From the human T2T-CHM13v2.0 reference genome, Homo sapiens, in the NCBI RefSeq assembly GCF_009914755.1, contig NC_060933.1: a stretch of 64,000 bases of DNA; one strand, written 5' to 3'. The notes beneath the pieces were generated by a model. It saw only the letters and a program-made list of their open reading frames with translations, was not told the DNA's origin and made no database searches. The position numbers and the translations under genes are program-made. This document shows, in pieces, positions 16,059-58,554 of the stretch (position 1 is its first letter; each line of letters opens with the position of its first letter).

Positions 16059-17139
16059 TAAAGTTTATTAATTCTATCACACAGAGGAGGAAATGAAAGA
16101 ACTGGAGATGAAATTGATCAAATTAGTAATCTCCAGCCAGTCCTGAGGAGATTTAGCACTGGGCAGTGTTCGAGTTGGATTTAAGAAGAGGCAGAGTGGT
16201 ACCACCAGTTTGCCCCACGTGGGTAAGGGAGAGATTTTCTGGCAAGACTGAAGACATTCTGATACCCTCCTCTCCCCTAACATACACTTACTCAGGTGTA
16301 AGAGTAATTCAGGCATAAGAGTCAGCAAAAACACTTTCTCAAGACGCTGTCTAGCTGTCTCAGGATCTTGTCCTGCTCAGGGTTGAGCACAAGGAGAACA
16401 CAATCCTTGCTGGCCGGGCCCTGTTCTGGAATGACTGAGCTGTCCAGCATGGCCAGTGTGTAAATGTCAAGTAAACACCAAATTCAAGTGCAATCTAACT
16501 ATTGTGCTGGGACTGTTTGTTTTAGATATAATAGTCAGCAGGAAGGGAGAAGGGGAGGGAGGGGGAAAGTATATATCACTTCACAAGGCAAAATTATGAC
16601 TATCGTGAGCCCTCCCTTGGTCAACTTGAATGTCAAGAAACCAATATCAAATAAATAAAGAGCCTGCACTCCATGCTGCAAAAATAAGCATGTCCATTTG
16701 CTTGAAAAAAAGATTTTTTCAGATGAGGGAACATTTTCCAGTCAATCACCCTGCAGCAAAGTCATCCTGTTGAATTTGTGACTCACAGCCTCTCTGTGTC
16801 AATAGACAGAGTCAGCCCAGAGTTATGACTTCACAGAAAGATGAAGCAAAAGCTGGGAGACGAGGCAGGACCAGCTTTAAAAGAAGGCTGTAAGCTCAGA
16901 CAACAAGTAGCAAAAGAAACACTGACCACTCACAGGCTGGGTAATTGCATTCGTTGCTTCTTTTTATTTCTTGCTCGTCTCCTAGAAAAGAACAACTCTG
17001 ACTTTGACTTCATCCTTTCATTGCATTAACATTGACGGGGGACATGGTCATTGTCAGGGCTATGACTTTGCCTGGTGCTCCATATACATTGTTATCTCAT
17101 TCTGTTCTCATAGCAATTCTATAAGGTAGGTGGTATTTG

Positions 17140-18682
<1,543 letters not shown>

Positions 18683-19397
18683 GAATGCCTGTTTTATTTT
18701 ATATGAGAATAATTATGAGAATAATTGAGGCCCACAGAGATTAGGTAACTTTGTAACCTTCTGCTTAAGGATTCTCACCCAGTTCTCCCTGGCTTCAATT
18801 TCAAATTTTGTGTGAGTTTCGGACAGCCTCTTATTTTGTTATCCTACTATAAGCCAGACAGGTACCTTGGCACCAGGGTCTCACCAATAAATCAGACATA
18901 GTTCTTGCCCTCAAAGAGCTTGGGGCCAGCCAAAATACTGTTGTCTTGGTGTTCAAGACCAATGCAGCACAATCCGTTTAGGCTGCCTGTAAACAAGTTA
19001 ATATTGAAGAAAAGATAGTACCAACAGACTCACTACTTGTTTTCCAAGTTGCTACTATTTGCAGATTTCTCAGGAATGCCTGTGGGGATGAAAAGCCACT
19101 AAGAGATAATAAACCATAGAAGAGCGTATGTGGAGTGAAAACGGTTGATCTGAAGGCGAAGCTTGCAGCCAGTCAGCTTTGCCTGGCATGCTGGTTGTGG
19201 GGAGGTAGAGGCTTAACGTTTGGTCTTGTCTAGCCACAAAGCAGGCTAGGCAGGGACAGGGCCTGGCTGCGGAGGTGGAAGGCCTGGGCTCTAGTCTGAG
19301 CTTGGCTACCACACACTTGGAGGCTTAGGTCTGCTGTTTGCTCTGTTCAGAACCTGTTGAGGTTCTGAATCTTCTACACGAAGGCAGATGAAAGCTG

Positions 19398-20413
<1,016 letters not shown>

Positions 20414-21307
20414 TTAATCTCAGCTCTGGACCTTCCTGAAAGTGTGGTTGTGACATAGCCCATCATGGCTAAGCTCTTTATTTGTAGCAAGAGGAGGGAG
20501 AGAAGGCAGTCTTTGTGGCTCCAGAGTGTCAGGATTCATGAGGATGGCTAGGTCAGTTCTTGATTTGGGGTGGAAGGCTTTCGCCTAGATATTCTATTAA
20601 AATGTTTTCTTCCTGGACTTAAATGATCCTTCCATCTCGGCCTCCCAAAGTGCTGGGATTATAGGCATGAGCAGTGGCCCGGTCTAGATATTCTCACATT
20701 AGAAAGGTAAAGAGCAGTGGACGAGCTGGCTCTCAAGGCTGAGACATTCTATCTCCTTAGCTCTTCTTGCAACTCTTCTGAAAATTGAGCTTGTAAAGTA
20801 GCTTTGATCCTTAAAAAAAAAAAAAAAATCTGTTGTCTGCTTAAACAAAAGCAGTTCTTAGAGTGGCTTTGCCTTTATTTTAGTATAACACAGATTGCTT
20901 CTCCTTTGTTTCCGTTGTCTCAGTGTTCTCCCAGTTCTAAGAAGCTGTCAGCGTATATAATATATTACCTGGTTGCCTCAGTCCCCTTCAAATTTCCATC
21001 CTTAAGGGTTTTCTTCCTAATGGTTGGGGAAATTCTTGAAAGGACACGGTCAATATGCCTTTGCTGGGATATACTTTTAAAAAATTTATTTTGGCTCTGT
21101 GTTGTTTGTCAAGGCTTCAGAGAGCCCTGCAAGTGAGAGTGCTCCGTTTACCATTTTGAATTTCTCCCTTTCTGGTTGGCCAACATCGTGTTTCCACTGT
21201 AATCCACCTGAAAAACAAACAGGAAAGTTTACACAGGTCTCTGTGTTCAACCATCTGCCTCCGCAATGATCTCTACAACAATGTAAGAGCTAGAAGACCA
21301 ACTCTGG

Positions 21308-21348
21308 GTGTGTGTGTGTGTGTGTGTGTGTGCGTGCGCACGTGTGTG
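21308..21348. repeat. (GT)n/(GC) alternating purine-pyrimidine microsatellite
   Basis: gtgtgt...gtgcgtgcgcacgtgtgtg, 41 bp of uninterrupted alternation. Confidence 0.95.
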
Positions 21349-22117
21349 ATATTTGGGGAGCACGAGCTATGTGTCTGGCTCAGGGTTGGGCATTCGGAAC
21401 ATCAATGGCGAACAAAGATAGATGTGATCCCTACTCACAAGGAGCTTATAGTCTACTGTCAGAAGAAAGACATTAATCAAATAATCACAAAAGCAAAACC
21501 AGACTGCAATCACTGCTTTGAGGGAGGATGCACAGTGTAGCAAAGCTTATCATAGGGAAAACTAACCTAGTTAGGGTTAATAAGGAGAGTACTGGGAAGA
21601 GGAAAGTCATGTTCTCTCTGTGATCTCTGAGTGCTGATAAATGATTAAGACAAGCATTTGTACCCTTGTATTTCTAAATCTAATATGGTCTCCATGATTT
21701 TTTTAAAATCATGTAACGCCCCCAGCTAGGAACTCAGGGCACAGAGATAAACAAGACATTGCCTAGGAGACACACCCTGAAAGAAACTGTAATACAAGGT
21801 GCCAAGGTGATACTAGCAAGAGGGGTGTGCAAGGACGCCTAGGAGCCCAGAGGGCACAGGGGATTGGTTCTGCTTGGGGTGCGCCTGGCAGATAGGGAAG
21901 AGGAGGGGTGTCCAGGCAAAAAATTCAGCACAAATAAGCCACGGAGATGGGAGAGTATAGGGTATGCAGGTGGACCAGGATAAAATCCAGGGGGGGCCAG
22001 CATAGAGTGTGTAGGTAGAATAAGTAAATCTTTTGAAAAGACATTTGGAAACAGAAATGGAGGGGCCCAGGGTCACAACTTCTCTTAAATCAAATAGTTG
22101 CTCAAGACCCACATGTT

Positions 22118-22494
<377 letters not shown>

Positions 22495-23555
22495 TTAGTC
22501 ATATTATGATAATATTTTTCTTTAAATCCACATATTTAAAAAATATTTTGAAACTTTAAAGCATATTTAATAATAATATGTGTAATATTGCAGTTTGGAT
22601 ATGCTAGCTCAATGTTTTGTAAAGCATAAATAATAAATGCATAACAATTAAAATAATAAATATTTCCCTGTGTACCACATCAAATCACCTTGAGTCCCAT
22701 CAGTGGTATTTGTATTCCTTGATCAAAAAAAAATTATACCGGGAATGGTGGGTCACACCTGTAATCTCAGCATTTTGGGAGAGCAAGGCAGGAGAATCAC
22801 TTGGGACCACATGTTCAAGACCAACATAGCGAGACCCCATCTCAAAAAAGAAAAAAAAATTCTACGACAACTCTAGGACAATATAGATGGTAAAAAACAA
22901 AAATTCATTATTTTTTTCCATCACTTATGTATTATATTTAGTGATTGAGCAAAATCTTTTCAATCTAAACAGCTGGTTTGTATAACTAGCAGATAAAGAC
23001 CATTGTATCTTTCTGCCTTTGGGCTGAGACTCTCTTTTCATCTTATTTTGTCCAATTTCTTTAGTGCTGAAAAAGATGCATTGTCCATACTAATGACAAC
23101 CCACTGTGTACCTCCTCCCATGCTCTCCAGCGGTGCAGCTTGTGGTGGTCAGTTGCCTGTTTTTCCTCGCTGTGAACGCTTTTAATTAAAAGGAAGGTAA
23201 TTTGCAATATTAAGCATGTCTTCTCTGAATTAATCCTCGAAACAACTCTAAAACAGTAGTAGATAAAGCCCTATTTTACAGATAAAGAAAGGGGGCTCAG
23301 ATAGATCCAAGTGACTGCCCCTCTTAGTGCTGTGTGACCAGCCAGAGATGGGTTTGAATTTAGAATTATTTGATTTGAAGCCTGGGACTCTCTTTGGCTT
23401 CTAATGGAGTGCATTCACTTGGGTGGACTTTTTTCCCCATCCATTTAACAGATATTTTCAGAATGCCAGTTATGTAGAAGGTACTCTGCTGTATGATGGG
23501 AGATCCAGAGATAAGTATAAATGGTATAAGCTGTACTATCAAGATGCTTATAGCT

Positions 23556-25199
<1,644 letters not shown>

Positions 25200-25757
25200 T
25201 CATATTTTTACTTTACTCTGCCACTCTACAAACTATTTGAAGTGACTCACAGTGAAGAATATGTTTTTTTTCCATTATAAAGTTAATAGTATAGAAATAG
25301 AAAACCAAGTCATTAAGTCATTAAAAAAAGAAGGAAACTAGCATGTGATATAGTTGCTATGATTGAGCATCACATCTTAGCAACTTAGCTTCCTGGCAGC
25401 CAAGACAAAAAGGGAACAAGCTAAGTTCCGTAGCTCTCATTATCAGAAAGGAAGAAGTTCATTGCTATTTTGGTCCTTAAACCTTAAGCTCACTTCTCAC
25501 CTGTAAGCCCACAGAGGGACATTGATAGACACAATAATTAATGTTTTTGGCAACAGCCTTACCACAATTGCCAATTTTTGTCTGCCCTTTCTTGTGAAGG
25601 CCTTTAATTAAGGTCAAGGGCTTAACACTGAAGCAGACATCAGTGAGGGCTTGGCTAACCTAGTTCAACAACTGTCTGTAACCCAAAGCAGAATGGAATC
25701 AGGAACTAGTTAGCACTACAAGTGAAGTATAAAGGATCTCAAGAGGATCATGCAATT

Positions 25758-26482
<725 letters not shown>

Positions 26483-27599
26483 AGGGCTGAATTTGCAAGT
26501 TGGGCAATGGGGAAAGCCTTCACAAAGGAGAAAGCCTTTGGGCTGGAATTGGAGGAGTAGGAGTCAATAGAGAGAGAAGAGAGTAAAGGGCAAGGCCATC
26601 ATTCCAGGTTTAGGGAGCAAGTACAAAGACACAGAGAAATGAAAAGGCTTGGCCTGTTTGGAGAATGTCAAGCTGTCTGGGGTTGAGAGAAAGACATTCT
26701 AACAAGGCTTCCATTAAAGAGGCTAGATTTGCTGCTTGGACATTTTCTAGCTCTTCTGAGACAACTTTTTGTTGAGTTAAGCGAAAATGAATGAAAATCA
26801 GATGGACCATATTTCTCTTGAATGCACACGGGCTTAAAAACGAAGGAGAAAAAGAACTTGACAGAATGTGTCTTGGCTTTTGCCAAACCCAAAGTATTTG
26901 AAAAATCACACAGTACACATCTCGAACCCAAAAACATGCCTGGATTCTACCACCCCTAACTGCAGCTGCAGCCATTTAATAAAATGAATTGTGTACAAGA
27001 AAATGGGGTCCGAATGGAGTGAGCTTCATTAGAGAGAATGACTGATGTAGGGCGGTTGGCTGGTGCCCTTGAGAAAGTACATATCTCATTGCCCTTGCAG
27101 AGAAAGAGAGAGGCCCAATGTAGAGCTTTCTAACCACGCTATTGAATCAAGCTCTCTTGTAGAGAACAACTAAAACCCCACATTATTTAACTTTATTGTA
27201 TCATGTGTAGGAAGAATTCAGCATCTCTTGTTTCTCTCCCACTCTGTTTCTCAGTTTTACACTGTGAAGTATGACAATGAAAAGAAACATGTTTTACATC
27301 AGTCTTGATTCACATAAATGGATACCAAATAAGAGATGGTGGAAATAGAACAAGATTGCTAATATACTATTTATTTCCGTTGAAAACTCTTGGCTTGAGC
27401 ATCATGGACATTTGAAAAGTAGAAGAAATCTGAGGCCCAGAAAGGTTAACTGATTTGTCCATGGTCCACAGTTGGTTAGTTGTAAAGTTAGGACTCAAAC
27501 CTGGACCTCCGATTCCTGTTCTTTCATAGCAAACACATTTTTGTTGTTGTTGTTAATGTTGCAGGGCGAGGGTCAGCCTCAGGTACTAGATGTCCCAGA

Positions 27600-29560
<1,961 letters not shown>

Positions 29561-30701
29561 ATATTCAATAAAATGTTTTTAAGTGCATTCTTGACTTATG
29601 AGCACAGTCCAAGATGCCCATTCACTCATTCACCCACTCATTCATTCATCTGCGTTATCTCACTTAATCTTTGCAGAAAGCCCATAAAGTGCCATTCATG
29701 TGAACACACTGGCATAAGCTGTGCCATTGAAACTGCTGCTGCAATATTATGTCAACATTGTAGTAGTTGGTAAATAGCCACTGTCCTGCGACCACCGAGT
29801 GTCCCCCACCACACTGGCTCCTCTCCTGGAGTGCCCTGGTCCTCCCTATGATTCAGCTACTAAAGGGTTAACTTTGGGTACCTTCCCCCAAGCCCACCAG
29901 GAACTTATGGCAGTACCCTTGTTGCGGTTCTCCTGCCATCTGGATTGTTAAATGCACACTGCCACTTCTGCCCATAGGGAGGGTTTCACAGACTCTAGTT
30001 TACGCCTGAAGCTTAGAGAGGTTAAGCGACTTATCAAGATCACTCAGCAAGCTCCTGATTCCCCTCTCTGCGAATCTAGAGCTCTTTCTAGGAAGTACTG
30101 AAGCCTTCTTCTCCTGTCTGTTCTATTCCTTGTGATGTCCAACATCTTGGCTGACCAGAACCTGCCCCAGTTTTGACACACTCCTCTGTGCACAGGGTGA
30201 GGCTCTGGGTAGCCAAGTAAGAGCCAGGGCTTGAGTACAGCCTCCTACATTTACCTAAACTTAAAATACAACAGCAAGAAATGAGGTCTTTCTTCTTTTT
30301 TTTTTTTTTTCCCATGTGAACGTTTGTGTGTATTTGTGTGTGTGTGTTCTGCAAATTCAAGATCAGCCAAAATAAATTTTAGTTCAACTTGTTCAAACAA
30401 AATTACATTCACTTGGAAACACAGTGGGGTGTTTCTGGCCTGATGTATAATTACTTTCCTTAGGTTATAACTGTTTCACCTTCTCTCTTTCTTCATAAAA
30501 GAAAGTCCCTTTTCCAGCTGGAGCTTCACTGAGGGAGAGTGGGGCAACCGGAGACAGAGTACAGAACACAATATTCATTGCTGTTTTTGGACATGGAACC
30601 CAGAGGTTTACCCATACATAAAAACACACTTCTAAAGGCCAAGGTTTTGTGCTCTGAAGTTCATAGTCTCAGCTTGATCCTGCTGAACAACAGAGGATTT
30701 T

Positions 30702-32110
30702 TTTTTGATATTTTATTTATTTATTTTTCTGCTTTAGCATTTTGTTTGTTTGTTTACTGTACTTTAAGTTCCGGGATACATGTGCAGAATGTTCAGGTTC
30801 GTTACATAGGTGTACACATGCCATGGTGGTTTGCTGCACCCATCAACCCATCATCTATATTAGGTATTTCTCCTAATGCTATCCCTCCCCTAGCCCCGCT
30901 AATGCTATCCCTCCCCAGAACCCCCGGTGTGTGATGTTCCCCTCCCTGTGTCCATGTGTTCTCATTGTTCAACTTCCACTTATGAGTGAGAACATGCGGT
31001 GTTTGGTTTTCTGTTCCTTTGTTAGTTTGCTGAGAATGACGATTCCCAGCTTTATCCATGTCCCTGTGAAGGACACGAACTCATCCTTTATTATGGCTGC
31101 ATAATATTCCATGGTGTATATGTGCCACATTTTCTTTATCCAGTCTATCATTGAAGAGCATTTGGGTTGCTTCCACGTCTTTGCTATTTTGAACACTGCT
31201 GCAATAAACATACACATGCATGTGTCTTTATAGCAGAATGATTTATAATCCTTTGGGTATATACCCAGTAATGGGATTGCTGGGTCAAATGGTATTTCTG
31301 GTTCTAGGTCCTTGAGGAATCGCCACATTGTCTTCCACAATGGTTGAAATAATTTACACTCCCACCAACAGTGTAAAAGCGTTCCTATTTCTCCACATCC
31401 TCTCCAGCATTTGTTGTTTCCTGACTTTTTAATGATCGTTATTCTAACTGTCGTGAGATAGTATCTCACTGTGGTTTTGATTTGTATTTCTCTAATGACT
31501 AGTGATGATGTGCATTTTTTCATCTGTCTGTTTGTCTCATAAATGTCTTCTTTTGCGAAGTGTCCATTCATATCCTTCGCCCACTTTTTGATGGGGTTGT
31601 TTTTTTCTTGAAATTTGTTTAAGTTCTTTGTAGATTCTGGATATTAGCCCTTTGTCAGATGGATAGATTGCAAAAATTTTCTCCCATTCTGTAGGTTGCC
31701 TGTTCACTCTGATGGTAGTTTCTTTTGCTGTGCAGAAGCTCTTTAGTTTAATTAGATCCCATTTGTCAATTTTGGCTTTTGTTGCCATTTCTTTTGGTGT
31801 TTTAGTCATGAAGTCCTTGCCCATGCCTATGTCCTGAATTGGTATTGCCTAGGTTTTCTTCTAGGGTTTTTATGGTTTTAGGTCTTACTTTAAGTCTTTA
31901 ATTCATCTTGAGTTAATTTTTGTATAAGGTGTAAGGAAGGGGTCCAGTTTCAGTTTTCTTCATATGGCTAGCCAGCTTTCTCAAGACCATTTATTAACTA
32001 GGGAATCCTTTCCCTATTGCTTGTTTTTGTCAGGTTTGTCAAAAATCAGATGGTTTAGATGTGTGACATTATTTCTGAGGCATCTGTTCTGTTCCACTGG
32101 TCTATATATC
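30702..32110 (-). mobile_element. 5'-truncated L1PA (PA7/8-like), about 1.4 kb
   Basis: ORF2 C-terminus fragments ([11 protein letters not shown]..., ...HMFSLISGS-like), 3'UTR and tail. Perfect TSD acaacagaggatttt at 30687-30701 and 32111-32125. Confidence 0.95.
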
Positions 32111-32339
32111 ACAACAGAGGATTTTAAACACCTCATATCTACCTCTTATCTTCCAGACAGCAACCCCACTCCTTGTCCTCTTTTCTCTTGGGATACCAGG
32201 TCCTCTTCTGTGGCCCAGTGCTGCTTGCTTGCCTCCACCTCCTCCCGAATGACCTTCTACAGTGCAGCCTTGCTACTGCCCTGTCATTCTGGAAGCCTTG
32301 GACATGTAAGAGAAGTCCAGGGCAATATAGAAATGACAG

Positions 32340-38250
<5,911 letters not shown>

Positions 38251-38344
38251 GTTCAGATTTCTTATCACATGGCTTTGTGATAAGAAATCTAGACAGGGAG
38301 AGCTCTGGGAGCAGGAAAGCCCCTATTTGCCCATCCCCTCCTTT

Positions 38345-39125
38345 TTTTTAATTATTAAAATTGTGGTAAAATATACATGACACAAAATTTACCACTTTAA
38401 CCACTTTAAAAAATTTTTTTTTTATTGAGATGGAGTCTCGCTCCGACGCCAGGCTAGAGTTCAGTGGTGCAATCTCGGCTCACGCAACCTCCGCCTCCCG
38501 AGTTCAAGCGATTCCCCTGCCTCAGCCTCCTGAGTAGCTGGTACTATAGGTACGTGCCACCACACCCGGCTAATTTTTTTTTTTTTTTTTTTTTTGTGTT
38601 TTCGTAGAGACGGGGTTTCACCACGTTGGCCACGATGGTCTTGATCTCCTGACCCAGTGATCCCCCCGCACTGGCCTCCCAAAGTGCTGGGATTACAGGC
38701 GTGAGTCACCATGCTCTGCCCATTTTAACCACTTTTAAGTGTGCAGTTCAGAGACATTAAGTACATTAACATTATTGTGCAACCATCATCACCATCCATC
38801 TCCAGAACGTTTCCATTTTCTCCTACAGAAATTCGGTTCCCATTAAACACTAACTCCTCATTGTCTTCTCTCTGCAGTTTCTGGTAACCTCTATTCTACT
38901 TTGTGTCTCTATGGATTTGACTACTCTACTTATATAGGTAAAATCCTCTTGTGACAGGCTTATTTCCTTAGCATAATGTCTTCAAAGTTTATCCATGATG
39001 TAGCATGTGTCAGAAGTTCCTTCCTTTTCATGGCTGAGTACTATTTCATTGTATGTGAGCACTGCATTTTGTTTATCCATTCATCCCTTGATGAACGCTT
39101 GAGTGGCTTTCCCATTTGCCATTGA
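38345..39125 (-). mobile_element. Old L1M (L1MB-like) 3' end split by an AluSc-like element (38413-38720)
   Basis: attgtggtaaaatatacat...cattaagtacatt...tgtgcaaccatcatcaccatccatctccagaac is a typical L1MB 3' end. Confidence 0.75.
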
Positions 39126-39394
39126 GTTGTCTCACATCCACAACACTGGGTCGATGTTCAGTGAGTGTAATGGATGAAAAAAACTCCAGCAGCATCTCAA
39201 GAAGGTCTGGGGTGGAGGAGAGTTGAAGAAAGATGCCCCCTTGAAATAGTGGGTGCCACCCAGGGAAGGCTGTTATCACTTTTGGAGGATGCTGATGAGG
39301 TAATCTGTACAGGTTCTGAAGCCTTTGTCATTTCACATGTTGGTTCCTTTGTCTCCTGTTCTTAGCAGTGTTTAGCAGTAACATTCTCTCTCTC

Positions 39395-45128
<5,734 letters not shown>

Positions 45129-45599
45129 GGTCAAATCCTCCTTGATATGATCTGCAATAGTTATTGCTATTATCCCCATTTCTCAGATGGGAGAATTGAG
45201 ACCAGAACCATAAGGAAACTTGCTTGAGATTACAATGCTGTTAGTAAGTGGTTAAGTGTCTGTTAGTAAGTGGTTAAGTCAAGATTTAAATGAACCATTC
45301 TGAATCCAGGTTCCCCAAGATTAACAACTGGGCTTTATCTCCTCCATCGACAACAGAAGGAGGCTTACAGATTTGGGAAAGACCGCTAGAGGAAGTGATT
45401 ATAGGAAAACAGAGAAAAGAGTGAGGCTATCAGCGTCTCACCTCTCCAAACTGCCTGTTGTAATTCAGGCATTCACTTTTTCTCCCACAGGTTTGTATCA
45501 ACTGAGACTTCTACTGTTCCACACCTCCAGTCTGGTCACTCTGGGGTCAATCTACTATGCTGGAGTCCTTCTGTTGTGCTAAGGGAGATCCTTCTGATA

Positions 45600-50580
<4,981 letters not shown>

Positions 50581-51275
50581 AAAAATTAATTCAATGTGAC
50601 AACATACACTGAAGGCTTAACATATGCAGGGAATCTCATCCTGCATTGGTGTGGGAGCCAGATATCAGGGTAAGTAAGAATACAATGTGGCTACTGCCCT
50701 GGGGTAAGTTCAGGGATGGAGGGTAGGTAATGGGGGATGGAAAAGGATGGAGAGTCAAGCCTTCAACATTTTGCAAAGCATAGTGGGTGCCAAAGGACCA
50801 CTGAATTTGCCTTGCCTGGGGGTTGGAGAAGTTGTGTTGGTTATTGAGTGCTAAGTAGGATTTCAACTACTGTGGTCAAGGAGCTGTTAGTGTTTTTTAG
50901 GCTAGAAAATAGAAACATATGAAACTAATGCGCTAAATTGTATTTTAAATGTGAAACAAGATTTAAGTTTAATTTAAGCCCTGACTGATTTCCTTAGAAC
51001 ACTGGGATAGTGGGTGTATTGTAATCTGGATGTTGAATTAAAAAATCTCTAAAACCTCTAATATAAGAAAAGTTGATATGTTGATCTCTTTATCGTCTGT
51101 TCTTGGGGACACTGAACAAGTTACTAACCAACGTCATTGGTTGGACGTGGCCTCACCAAAGAAGTAGTGAAATGAAGTTATATTTGTTAAAACAACAATT
51201 TAAAAAACTCCAAAAACCCAGGATTCCCTGGATAGTAAGGTATTACCAATGCAGCCCACGAGAGAGGTATACTCA

Positions 51276-58554
<7,279 letters not shown>

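Noticed and set aside
30969-31824. 200-aa and 95-aa minus-strand ORFs
   Set aside because: Frameshifted C-terminal L1 ORF2 of a 5'-truncated, inactive element.
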